A stretch of 64,000 nucleotides of DNA from Gammaproteobacteria bacterium (GTDB lineage Bacteria > Pseudomonadota > Gammaproteobacteria > JABCZS01). Position 1 is the stretch's first letter, and every line of letters starts with the position of its first letter. Below the pieces are notes generated by a model, which ran no database searches, was not told the DNA's origin, and saw only the letters and a program-made list of their open reading frames with translations. Shown here piece by piece: positions 52,109 through 61,017 of this stretch. Location of the stretch: the NCBI GenBank assembly GCA_021773275.1, contig JAJFKJ010000030.1, positions 143,580 to 207,579 on the forward strand. Reading direction: 5' to 3'. A program made the translations under genes and the position numbers.

Positions 52109-53488
52109 ATGTTAAAAATCTATAACAGCCTTACACAGAAAAAAGAAACCTTTAAACCCATCAACGACAATAAAGTTAGCATGTATGTCTGTGGTATGAC
52201 AGTTTACGATTATTGCCACCTTGGCCATGCGCGTACAGTAGTCGCATTTGATATGGTCTATCGTTACTTGAAAGCCAGCAACTATGATGTTAATTATGTC
52301 CGTAATATCACCGATATTGACGACAAAATCATCAAGCGGGCAAATGAAGCCGAAAAAGAAGTGGCAGATTTAACTGAATATTTTATCAATGCGATGAATG
52401 AAGATTTTGACGCTTTGGGTGTGTTGCGTCCTAGCGCGGAGCCTCGCGCTACCCAGCATATGCAAAGCATCACGAGAATGATCGAGCAACTCGTAGACAG
52501 GGGCCATGCATACAAAGCCGACAACGATGATATATATTTTTCGGTTAAATCAATTAAAAGCTATGGCCAGCTTTCAAAGCGCAGCCTTGAAGATATGCGC
52601 GCCGGCGAGCGTGTTGAAGTAAATCCTTTCAAGCAAGACCCTATGGACTTTGTTTTGTGGAAGGCCGCAAAACCAGCTGAGCCATCATGGGATTCCCCTT
52701 GGGGCAAAGGCCGCCCGGGTTGGCATATTGAGTGCTCAGCGATGTCAACTGAATGTCTGGGCAATACATTTGATATTCATGGCGGCGGTTTTGACTTGCA
52801 GTTTCCGCATCATGAAAATGAAATTGCGCAGTCCGAGGGTGCCACCGGGGAAAAATTTGTTCATACGTGGATGCATACTGGTTTTGTAAATGTCGATGAA
52901 GAAAAAATGTCAAAATCGCTGCATAATTTTTTTACTATTCGTGAGGTTCTAGTTGATTTTGACGCAGAAGTGATTCGTCTGTTTTTGCTCGGCAGTCACT
53001 ACCGTAGCGCCTTAAATTATACGCCAGCTAATCTAGCCAAAGCACGCGCTTCATTGGAACGTTTTTACACAGCTCTGCGCGGGCGTAAGCTTGATGGTTT
53101 AACGCCTGAGCAAGATGATTTTGACAAGCGTTTTAAACAAGCCATGGACGATGATTTTAATACACCTGAAGCATTGGCTGTGCTGTTTGATTTGTCACGT
53201 GAAATTAATAAACAAGGAAATCCTGAACGTGCTGATGAGTTGGCCGTAAAATTAGTGAATCTTGGCAATGTATTAGGTATTTTACAACGCGACCCAGAAG
53301 TGTTTTTGCAAGGCTCGCATGACGATGAAGACTTCGAAGCAGAAGAAATTCATCAGCTGATTATCGAACGCAACCGCGCCCGTATGGCCAGTGACTTTGC
53401 GCGCAGCGATGAAATTCGTGATGAACTTGCAGCCCGCGGCATTATCTTAGAAGACGGCCCAGAAGGCACCACCTGGAAACGCGGTTAA
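52109..53488 (+). CDS. cysS: Cysteine--tRNA ligase
   Basis: [32 protein letters not shown] (HIGH), Zn-binding cysteines and KMSKS. Confidence 0.95.
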   Translation: MLKIYNSLTQKKETFKPINDNKVSMYVCGMTVYDYCHLGHARTVVAFDMVYRYLKASNYDVNYVRNITDIDDKIIKRANEAEKEVADLTEYFINAMNEDFDALGVLRPSAEPRATQHMQSITRMIEQLVDRGHAYKADNDDIYFSVKSIKSYGQLSKRSLEDMRAGERVEVNPFKQDPMDFVLWKAAKPAEPSWDSPWGKGRPGWHIECSAMSTECLGNTFDIHGGGFDLQFPHHENEIAQSEGATGEKFVHTWMHTGFVNVDEEKMSKSLHNFFTIREVLVDFDAEVIRLFLLGSHYRSALNYTPANLAKARASLERFYTALRGRKLDGLTPEQDDFDKRFKQAMDDDFNTPEALAVLFDLSREINKQGNPERADELAVKLVNLGNVLGILQRDPEVFLQGSHDDEDFEAEEIHQLIIERNRARMASDFARSDEIRDELAARGIILEDGPEGTTWKRG

Positions 53489-53495
53489 ATTGATT

Positions 53496-53552
53496 TGCCC
53501 CCTTTTGTAAAGGGGGCAGCTTGAGCAAAGCTCAAGCGGGGGTTTTTGCAGT
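53496..53552. repeat. REP-like double-hairpin element, copy B (between convergent cysS and brnQ)
   Basis: TGCCCCCTTTTGTAAAGGGGGCA (10-bp stem), then GCTTGAGCAAAGCTCAAGC hairpin, then GGGGGTTTTT. Confidence 0.6.
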
Positions 53553-54656
53553 CTTGTTACATGCATACCTTCTATAAACCCAGCCAGCCGCATTATAAAT
53601 ACTCAAAGCAATAACGATGGGGTAACAAATTTTAATAATCGGTGCGAACCAAGCAATCAAACCCGAAAAACCTAAAGCACTCATTATCCAGGCCACGCTT
53701 AAGGTAATCACCAAACCCCATGCATAAGAAATCTTTTGCCGAGATATATCTTGCAAGAACTCCGCAAATAATTTAGTCAATGCCAGCGCTGTTGTAAAGC
53801 AGGCCAGCATTACAATCACACTCGCAAAAATACCTAGCTTACCGGGGAGCAAATAATAGGCGAGCGCAGTTAAGATCTGCTCAGGGGGAATATTTGCTTG
53901 CGCTAATATATAGCCATGTCTTGCACTAACAGCAGCCAAGCCAAGGTAAATCAGTCCAAGCATGCCACCACCGATTAAGCTTGCTGAAAAGGCAAGGCGA
54001 AGTGTGCCGTACTCATGTATTTTATCTTTTGCAAAGCTGCGTAGGCTGGTTAACAATAAACCGGCAAAGAACAGGGCTGCAATGGCATCGAAGGTAAAGT
54101 AGCCTTCAACTAGGCCGTACACAAAAAAGTTTTGGGGAGCATCTTGTATATGCGGCATTTCTGGAGGGAGAAACAAACCCGCTGATATCATTAATAAACA
54201 AAAGATCACCAGTAATGGCGTTAAAATATACCCCAAAATATAGGTAAAAACGCTTTCACGAATGGTGCCTAAAAAGACCAACACACAAAACAGGCCTGAG
54301 AATAGCATGAGTGGTAGGTTCAACAGATCGAACCCCAGGGCAGCATGGGCGACTGTCACGGTACGTGGAATAACCATCAGAGGGCCTAATAGGCTAATAC
54401 CGAGTAGCAACAGAATCCAGCCTGGCCAACGGCCAATGCGGGTAAAAAAGATCTTGTAGTCGCCCTGGAACAGCAAGATGCTGAGCAGGCAGAGAATCGG
54501 AGTAGCCACGGCGGTTAACAACAAGCCACCCATCGCCCAGGCGTAATGCTGCGCCGCGTACTGGCCAACCAGCAGCGGAAAGGTCACATTACCTGCACCA
54601 AAGAACATGGCGAATAGGGTAAAGCCAGTGAGCCATAATGAGTGCTGTTTCCACAT
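53532..54656 (-). CDS. brnQ: Branched-chain amino acid transport system II carrier (LIVCS)
   Basis: FGAGNVTFP signature near the N-terminus. 374 aa with ~12 TM helices. Confidence 0.8.
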   Translation of the reverse strand: MWKQHSLWLTGFTLFAMFFGAGNVTFPLLVGQYAAQHYAWAMGGLLLTAVATPILCLLSILLFQGDYKIFFTRIGRWPGWILLLLGISLLGPLMVIPRTVTVAHAALGFDLLNLPLMLFSGLFCVLVFLGTIRESVFTYILGYILTPLLVIFCLLMISAGLFLPPEMPHIQDAPQNFFVYGLVEGYFTFDAIAALFFAGLLLTSLRSFAKDKIHEYGTLRLAFSASLIGGGMLGLIYLGLAAVSARHGYILAQANIPPEQILTALAYYLLPGKLGIFASVIVMLACFTTALALTKLFAEFLQDISRQKISYAWGLVITLSVAWIMSALGFSGLIAWFAPIIKICYPIVIALSIYNAAGWVYRRYACNKTAKTPA

Positions 54657-54835
54657 GAAGCGGTTTCCTGAGTATCTCTAGAGGAAACTACCATCGTAAC
54701 ATGGTGGGGCCTATTTGGCCAGAAATAGTTAATAGGTTAACTTTTTAATGGCTTGTGTCAAAGGTTTGTCTTAACGTAGGGGTCGAATCCTGTTCGACCC
54801 GGCATTGCGTAGCAATGCTTATAATGGTGTGTTCT

Positions 54836-55675
54836 CTATTGCTGTGCAGCCAACCAAGTATTGTGCATCAGCACAGCAACGGTCATCGGGCCAACACCAC
54901 CAGGGACGGGGGTGATAAAGCCAGCGCGTTTAGCAGCTTCTGCAAATTCAACATCGCCTTTAATGTCGCCATTATCGGTGCGATTAATACCTACATCGAT
55001 GACGACGCTACCGGGCTTGATCCATTCGCCTTTAATCAGGCCTACTTTGCCAGTAGCAGCGATTAGAATATCAGCTTGTTTTACATACTCAGGTAAATCT
55101 TGAGTGAAACGATGGCAATCGGTGACGGTAGCGCCTTGCAATAAAAGCTCTAAAATCATCGGCCGGCCAACAATATTTGATGCGCCCACCACCACAACGT
55201 GCTTACCCGTGACCTCAACACCAATTGACTCAAGCATCAACATAATGCCGTAAGGGGTGCAAGGGCGCAGAGCAGGGCGGCGCTGGGTCAAACGGCCGAG
55301 ATTATACGGGTGAAAACCATCAACATCTTTTTTCGGGTTGATGCGCTCGACGATATTATCTTGGTTGATATGCCGCGGTAGTGGCAGCTGCACCAAAATG
55401 CCATCGACTTCGTTGTTATTATTGAGTTCATCGATCAGGCTGGTGAGCTCTTCTTCGGTGGTGTTCTCAGGGAGTGTTTGCACATGGGAGTCAATGCCAA
55501 TTTTTTTCGCAGCTGTAGCTTTGCGTTTGACATACAAACCAGATGCAGGATTATCGCCGACTAATACGACGACTAAACTGGGCGCGCGTTTATTTGTTTG
55601 CTGTTTGATTTTATCAGCAATCCCACTTAATAATTTGTCGGCGATGGCCTTGCCATCAATTACTTGTGCACTCAT
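54836..55675 (-). CDS. folD: Bifunctional methylenetetrahydrofolate dehydrogenase/cyclohydrolase
   Basis: [17 protein letters not shown], GxGxxVG (GASNIVGRP) and [14 protein letters not shown]. Confidence 0.95.
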   Translation of the reverse strand: MSAQVIDGKAIADKLLSGIADKIKQQTNKRAPSLVVVLVGDNPASGLYVKRKATAAKKIGIDSHVQTLPENTTEEELTSLIDELNNNNEVDGILVQLPLPRHINQDNIVERINPKKDVDGFHPYNLGRLTQRRPALRPCTPYGIMLMLESIGVEVTGKHVVVVGASNIVGRPMILELLLQGATVTDCHRFTQDLPEYVKQADILIAATGKVGLIKGEWIKPGSVVIDVGINRTDNGDIKGDVEFAEAAKRAGFITPVPGGVGPMTVAVLMHNTWLAAQQ

Positions 55676-55717
55676 GCGGGGTATTATACCGGAAATTTAC
55701 TGTAATAGAGCAGGGGA

Positions 55718-55782
55718 TCGCCCCCTTTTGTAAAGGGGCCAGCTGCAGTTTGCTGCGGCGAGGGTTTTACTGCCACTGCTTA
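55718..55782. repeat. REP-like double-hairpin element, copy C
   Basis: CGCCCCCTTTTGTAAAGGGGCC hairpin + CAGCTGCAG..CTGCGGCG + AGGGTTTTA. Degenerate relative to copies A and B. Confidence 0.5.
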
Positions 55783-56327
55783 ACTGCGTTTTCAGCAATT
55801 TCATTCACCGGCCGTGCGATAAGTCCGCTTTGCGATAGCGTGATTTCATACGCGGCGCCATCAAGCATCGGCGCGTAAACAGCGCTGCCATACATGGCAT
55901 CTAGCCCAGGCACCCAACGTTGATAGCGTTTTAAGGCTTGCCATAGATCAAGGCCGGGTGATTGCGAGAGCGCATGGACAGTGCGTGGTTGAGCCAGCTC
56001 GTAGGCAATGTCATGGTAACGCCCAGCGACACGATCTAGTCGATACATGGCATCAAAACCTAACAAATTACTGCTGGCCTTCCATTTAATCACGCGGGCA
56101 TCAAGTTGCCATTCATCGCCGTGTAATACATACATTTGATTATCGCGGTTTTCGCATTGCAGTGCTGCTTCAAACGTTTCATTATGTAAGTTTTTAAAAA
56201 CGAGCAAACACACGGGTTGCTCAAACGTTAAACGCGAGTAAATTAAAAAATTGCTGAATACTAAAAATGCACCGGCTGCAATGAGTAGCAAAAAGCCCCA
56301 GCGAAAAATTTTAATGTTACGTTTCAT
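55767..56327 (-). CDS. Hypothetical membrane-anchored protein, 186 aa
   Basis: N-terminal TM (FRWGFLLLIAAGAFLVF). No recognised motif. Confidence 0.4.
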   Translation of the reverse strand: MKRNIKIFRWGFLLLIAAGAFLVFSNFLIYSRLTFEQPVCLLVFKNLHNETFEAALQCENRDNQMYVLHGDEWQLDARVIKWKASSNLLGFDAMYRLDRVAGRYHDIAYELAQPRTVHALSQSPGLDLWQALKRYQRWVPGLDAMYGSAVYAPMLDGAAYEITLSQSGLIARPVNEIAENAVKQWQ

Positions 56328-56692
56328 TGTTCTGCACTTAAAGTTTTAGAAAAATAGGGGCCAATTTCATTAATTTCTAACGATAGCTGCAACTGCAAGA
56401 CTTCGAGTGAATTTGCAAAGTAAGCAGTAAGCGATTCCATCAAAGCTGCGCAAGTTTCTTGTAAGACTTGCGGTGTTCTTCCTGACAGCACCCTAATCGA
56501 AACAAACACAAAAGCGTTTTTGTCATCACCGTTACCGACAACAAAAACAGGGCGTGAAACCGCGCGGCTTTGACAAGACTCCAGTTGAGTGGGGAGTTTT
56601 TTTTCTAATATGAGGTGCAATTGTGCCAGCAAGTCACGCAGGTCTTCCTTTTCAAGAATGTTATCACTGTATTCTAACGTTAAAAGTGGCAT
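56324..56692 (-). CDS. 5-carboxymethyl-2-hydroxymuconate isomerase-like (tautomerase superfamily) protein
   Basis: MPLLTLEYSDNI.. N-terminus (catalytic Pro1 context). Length ~122 aa and overall pattern match CHMI/HpaF-family proteins. Confidence 0.55.
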   Translation of the reverse strand: MPLLTLEYSDNILEKEDLRDLLAQLHLILEKKLPTQLESCQSRAVSRPVFVVGNGDDKNAFVFVSIRVLSGRTPQVLQETCAALMESLTAYFANSLEVLQLQLSLEINEIGPYFSKTLSAEQ

Positions 56693-56832
56693 GGCAGCTC
56701 CTTGGTTGGGGTGTATGACCGTATTATCGCATTCATATCAATAATGTACAAATTCCCCCCATTTGAGGGGGTTACAGGGCAGGTTGTTTAACTTATCATA
56801 AGTGCCAGTTATGCAGAAGCAGGAGTAATACA

Positions 56833-57549
56833 ATGGGCAAACAAGAACTGACATACACACAGGCGCGCAAAATTTATATTCAAAGGCTACCGAATGACCA
56901 TGGTGATGGTACGGCAATTGCCAATCTGACAAGAAATTATATTGGTTTTGCAGAAGCTAATGCGGCGGTCTCTAGGATTAATGCTAAGCAACGCTTGGCA
57001 CTTAGGGGTCTGTTTATTAAATTTGCAAGCCTGCTTGAGCATGCTCCAGAAATTACCACACAACAGATTAATGGTTTTGTGGAGAATCTTTATCAACAGG
57101 CTTTAGTCTATGAAAGACAAATCAAAGACTTGCCTGAAGCATCTGATGCTGAAACGCTTAATACAACAAGACGCGAGCTTGCGGCTATTGTTGCGCCTTT
57201 TTGTGATGGTAAAAATACTGAGCAAACAAGCATAGCAAATGACTTGTTAACAAAAATTGGGGCACCAACATTGGTCAGTTTCAAGCGAGAAGACAGTGGT
57301 AAATCTTATGGTCTTATCGGTATGGCTATTTTTATCACGATTGCCGGAGGAGTGCTTTTAGGCTTGTCTCTAGGAACGGATATTATTCCAGACATACAGT
57401 CACTTTGGGAAGATGGTTCATCGCCTTGTCCTGACTCAGCTGCAACCGCTGCACCTACAGGCTCAATGTTGATCGATGAGCTCTACGGAAGCAAGGCCCT
57501 TGAGCAGATAACAGCCGCGATTAGTGCGACCCCTGTGCTAGGCGTTTGA
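56833..57549 (+). CDS. Hypothetical protein with C-proximal TM segment, 238 aa
   Basis: ORF with one hydrophobic stretch (LIGMAIFITIAGGVLLGLSL). Sits directly upstream of tRNA-Pro. No motif. Confidence 0.4.
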   Translation: MGKQELTYTQARKIYIQRLPNDHGDGTAIANLTRNYIGFAEANAAVSRINAKQRLALRGLFIKFASLLEHAPEITTQQINGFVENLYQQALVYERQIKDLPEASDAETLNTTRRELAAIVAPFCDGKNTEQTSIANDLLTKIGAPTLVSFKREDSGKSYGLIGMAIFITIAGGVLLGLSLGTDIIPDIQSLWEDGSSPCPDSAATAAPTGSMLIDELYGSKALEQITAAISATPVLGV

Positions 57550-57573
57550 CCCCATTGCGCAATCAGGTATAAT
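57546..57573 (+). promoter_or_regulatory. Candidate tRNA-Pro promoter (TTGACC-16-TATAAT)
   Basis: Consensus -35 and -10 hexamers with 16-nt spacing, ending ~10 nt before the mature tRNA 5' end. Confidence 0.55.
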
Positions 57574-57583
57574 GACGCAGATT

Positions 57584-57660
57584 CGGGGCATAGCGCAGTT
57601 TGGTAGCGCACCTGGTTTGGGACCAGGGGGTCGGGGGTTCGAATCCCTCTGCCCCGACCA
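57584..57660 (+). tRNA. tRNA-Pro (anticodon UGG)
   Basis: 77-nt cloverleaf folded by hand: acceptor CGGGGCA/TGCCCCG; D arm GCGC-AGTTTGGTA-GCGC; anticodon arm CCTGG-TTTGGGA-CCAGG (anticodon TGG); T arm GGGGG-TTCGAAT-CCCTC; discriminator A; encoded CCA. Close to E. coli tRNA-Pro(UGG). Confidence 0.9.
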
Positions 57661-57811
57661 TTTCAAAGAAGTATCACAACGTCCAAAGACATCCCTAAAG
57701 TAAAAAACTCCTCTCTTTACGAGCAGCACTCTCAACTCAAAATTAGAGGGTATACAGCAGAAATATAGTTTTTTATTTGTAATTTTTAGCTTTATATAAT
57801 AAAATTATAGA

Positions 57812-58615
57812 ATGAAAAACGAAAAAGATAAATTGCTGTTATACATAGAGCGTTTGCAGTCTCAAGGGCAGCTTAGCTTTTTGCGAAGCAGAGCGATGAA
57901 AGAGCTAGACATGGCCTATATGTCTTTCCACCAGGCCGCCAATAGGCTTATTAAAAAGGGCAAACTACAACGTCTACGGGGCGAGTTTTATGTAGTGGTT
58001 CCACCCGAGTACGCTGTTCAGGGCGCACCACCCACAGAATGGTTTATTGGCTCATTAATGGATTACCTTGAGCAAGACTATTATGTTGCTTTGCTATCTG
58101 CGGCGGGCCTGCAAGGTGCCACCCACCAGCTATCCACAGCATTTCAGATTGTAACTAATAAGGTGACTCCAGCTATTCAGGCTGGCAGAGTGCAAATTAA
58201 TTTTTTCTATAAAAAGAAAATAAATCCTGCGTATTATCAAAAAACAAAAACTAGTGGTAAGATGGTTAATGTTAGTATTCCTGAAATAACAGTGTGTGAT
58301 TTATTGCGCTATAAAAATGTAGGAAGTATAAATTTTGTTGCTACTATTTTGTGTGAAATGGGTGAAACATTAGACCCAAATACATTAATTAAACTTCTTG
58401 AAAATGATGACGTGCAAACAGCAACAGTGCAAAGACTAGGGTATTTGCTGGAGTTATTAGAAATACCTATGGATTTAACTGATCTTCACAATGCACTGTG
58501 CAGCAAAGCGCCGCAATATCACGCATTGGTGCCCGGGAGCGGAGCCGCCATTATCGAAAAAAATAAACGTTGGCATATTTTAGTCAACGAAAATGTGGAG
58601 CCAGACGAACTATGA
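57812..58615 (+). CDS. abiEi: AbiEi-family antitoxin/transcriptional regulator (type IV TA), 267 aa
   Basis: Size and position immediately upstream of, and overlapping (ATGA), a DUF1814 nucleotidyltransferase gene. N-terminal wHTH-like region, consistent with the AbiEi_4 family. Confidence 0.6.
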   Translation: MKNEKDKLLLYIERLQSQGQLSFLRSRAMKELDMAYMSFHQAANRLIKKGKLQRLRGEFYVVVPPEYAVQGAPPTEWFIGSLMDYLEQDYYVALLSAAGLQGATHQLSTAFQIVTNKVTPAIQAGRVQINFFYKKKINPAYYQKTKTSGKMVNVSIPEITVCDLLRYKNVGSINFVATILCEMGETLDPNTLIKLLENDDVQTATVQRLGYLLELLEIPMDLTDLHNALCSKAPQYHALVPGSGAAIIEKNKRWHILVNENVEPDEL

Positions 58616-59433
58616 TACCAAGACTAGATATTACAGCATGGGGTAATGTTGCCTCTTGGGTGATGCGAGATCAAATTGAGCATGACCTGGTATTGTCGCG
58701 CGCACTTTGCGAGCTGTATCAAAACCAAACCATTAAAAAGAATCTTGTATTTAGAGGTGGCACAGCACTGCATAAACTGTTTTTTGAAAAGGCAGGGCGA
58801 TTTTCAGAAGATCTAGATTTTGTGCAAGCATCACCGCAACCGATCGGGGAAACGGCAGAAGCGATTCGGGCAAGCCTAGATCACTGGTTGGGCGATCCAA
58901 AATATAAACAGAACAAAGGTAGATTTACACTCTACTATAAATTTCCTATTGAAGATTCTTCGGCTTTCAGGAAACTAAAGATCGAAATCAATACGCGTGA
59001 GCATTACCACGTTAAGCCTTATGCCAATGTCCCATTTACAGTTAAAAGCGACTGGTATAGCGGAGATTGTGAAGTGCTGACCCATCCCATCGAGGAAATT
59101 ATGGCAACCAAGCTTCGTGCACTTTATCAACGTAGCAAAGGACGAGATTTGTACGATTTTTGGTATGTGAACCAAGAAATTGGAACACTGGATATTCCGC
59201 AAACAATTGATATATTCCAACACTATATGGAAAAAGGCAACACGCCAGTCAGCAGGGCACAGTTTGAAAAAAACCTGATTGAAAAGCAGAACCACAAAGG
59301 GTTTAATGACGACATAACACCTTTATTAGCCTTACCTCAAAACCAAGCCTATGAGCCGAAAGCTGCATATGAGGTTTTGTTTGAACAATATATTCCATGT
59401 TTAAAAGGGGAGTCATGGAAGGGTGTTGGCTAG
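58612..59433 (+). CDS. abiEii: AbiEii/AbiGii-family nucleotidyltransferase toxin (DUF1814), ~273 aa
   Basis: LVFRGGTALHKLFFEKAGRFSEDLDFV, the hallmark NTase motif (GG[TS]AL...RFSEDLDF) of the AbiEii family. Start taken at MIPRLD.. overlapping the abiEi stop. Confidence 0.75.
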   Translation: MIPRLDITAWGNVASWVMRDQIEHDLVLSRALCELYQNQTIKKNLVFRGGTALHKLFFEKAGRFSEDLDFVQASPQPIGETAEAIRASLDHWLGDPKYKQNKGRFTLYYKFPIEDSSAFRKLKIEINTREHYHVKPYANVPFTVKSDWYSGDCEVLTHPIEEIMATKLRALYQRSKGRDLYDFWYVNQEIGTLDIPQTIDIFQHYMEKGNTPVSRAQFEKNLIEKQNHKGFNDDITPLLALPQNQAYEPKAAYEVLFEQYIPCLKGESWKGVG

Positions 59434-59548
59434 CTGTAACCTAAAAGGGTGGAATGGTGGTCAGCTTGTTTGTGTAATCCACAAAAAACATCAATTGGTA
59501 TATAACAAGCTTGAGGCTATTTGGGATAAAAGATAAAACCCAGAGGAG

Positions 59549-60265
59549 TTATAGGATTGAACAGCCAATTGACGTTTTATGAGAACTTATATACTCTTGA
59601 AGTTGGTGATGCCCATACTCAAAGAACATCCCACCGGAATAATCTCCAGTAAGAACTAACTTTGTTTCGTTTGTAGCAATTTTTTCAAATTCCCTGAGCA
59701 TGGCTATATGTGAACTCCCCATATAAACTTTCCACCAGACATTGCTGATATCAATCACACTGATTTTGTAATTTTTTGGGTGCATTAGAGATACGAGCTG
59801 ACGGATAGATGAAGTATTTGTTAGTTTTGCACAAACAGATTCAATATTGTCACTTTTTGCCAAATTAGAAAGGTGGTTAAAAAAATCATCATGGCGTAAA
59901 TAACTAGTCATACCAAAGCCGAATTTTCCCTCATGGAAATCTTTAAATTCATCATTCTGCCTTACACGCTTCTTCCACCACAAAAAGTCTTCGTCAATAC
60001 TGGGATAATCCTCATCTGGCTTCTTCCATTCATCAATGGTCAATTCTAGCCTTAAGCGAAGGTAATGAGTTCTATCATCAGCAATTTTGAGTAAATAAAT
60101 ATTGATTTTATTAAACCGCCGAACTTCGGGGTCGTGGTCCACCAAAAGAAGCGACGATGCTTTGGCTATGGCAGCTCCAATAAATCCCCTTTCTGTTCCC
60201 ACGGCAACATACAAACCTGTATCGACCTTCTCAAAAATCTCAAGGAGTGGACAGGGGTTCTGCAT
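59549..60265 (-). CDS. Hypothetical protein, 238 aa, inside the tRNA-Pro islet
   Basis: Uninterrupted ORF convergent with abiEii. No recognisable motif. Confidence 0.45.
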   Translation of the reverse strand: MQNPCPLLEIFEKVDTGLYVAVGTERGFIGAAIAKASSLLLVDHDPEVRRFNKINIYLLKIADDRTHYLRLRLELTIDEWKKPDEDYPSIDEDFLWWKKRVRQNDEFKDFHEGKFGFGMTSYLRHDDFFNHLSNLAKSDNIESVCAKLTNTSSIRQLVSLMHPKNYKISVIDISNVWWKVYMGSSHIAMLREFEKIATNETKLVLTGDYSGGMFFEYGHHQLQEYISSHKTSIGCSIL

Positions 60266-60801
60266 TGGGTGCCAAAAAGTGATAGTTTAAATCAACGTCT
60301 GCTTGTTTGAACTGCTCAAGCGTGGCCTTTAATGACTGACATTGGGGCATAGTGTAAGCATGTAATAAGGGTTTCATTAGATGTGTGCCTGCTTTTTAAG
60401 GCAAAGTGAGCATGATAACATAATCTGTAGGTAAAGGCAATAATTCGGTGTTCAGTGGGCATAGGTAAGCTCCTGCGAGTGGTAATGATCAGAAGAAAAA
60501 CAATAGCATGTGGGCTGCTGGGTACTGTTGATAGAGGAGTAAGTCGGCCAATAATGCTGCCCCAGTGCTGCCCCAGGAAGTTTTGATGCATTTTTTGACC
60601 GCAAGAGAGCTAGCAAATATGAAAAATGATTTTGATCTTGGGAAAGCAAGGCGTATTAACAACCATGCCCTGTATTCAAAACTATAGGGATTACACAGCA
60701 AATATTGACCAATTTTTCAATAAAAGCGATAATGAGTCTTACTGAATCGAGAGCGATAGAGCTTTATGGTTCGGGCTAAAAATGCGACCGTGACTCCATT
60801 C

Positions 60802-60843
60802 TTTGGGACCAGGGGGTCGGGGGTTCGAATCCCTCTGCCCCGA
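60802..60843 (+). repeat. 42-bp direct repeat of the tRNA-Pro 3' end (putative attR-like junction)
   Basis: TTTGGGACCAGGGGGTCGGGGGTTCGAATCCCTCTGCCCCGA is identical to 57616..57657 (anticodon loop to acceptor stem), followed by gCA instead of CCA. The 5' half of the tRNA is absent, so this is not a gene. Confidence 0.85.
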
Positions 60844-61017
60844 GCAATCACTGCAGTGCGTAGCGGTTCACTTAAGCACAAAAATCAAAAGCAATCATGA
60901 CCTTATCTCAGAGAGACAAGAGATAGGTGCAGTTGCCGTCGTTGTCGATGCAAAAAATCAAGATGCAGTACTTAACTGAGTAAATAGTGTCAAAAAACAA
61001 CCTGATCCATTTTTGTT

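Larger units (their letters stand above)
57616..60843. mobile_element. Integrase-less genomic islet (~3.2 kb) inserted at tRNA-Pro, bounded by 42-bp direct repeats; carries abiEi/abiEii and one unknown gene
   Basis: The direct repeat of the tRNA 3' end is the classic signature of site-specific integration at a tRNA. No integrase or recombinase ORF lies between the repeats. Confidence 0.55.

Noticed and set aside
57661-60801. Intact integrative element or prophage with integrase.
   Set aside because: No tyrosine/serine recombinase, excisionase, or phage structural or replication ORF between the direct repeats. Only a TA pair and one unknown gene are present, so it is called a remnant islet.
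60802-60843. Second tRNA-Pro gene.
   Set aside because: Only the 3' 42 nt (anticodon loop to acceptor) are present. The 5' acceptor strand and D arm are absent, and the CCA is altered to GCA. This is an att-type duplicate, not a functional gene.
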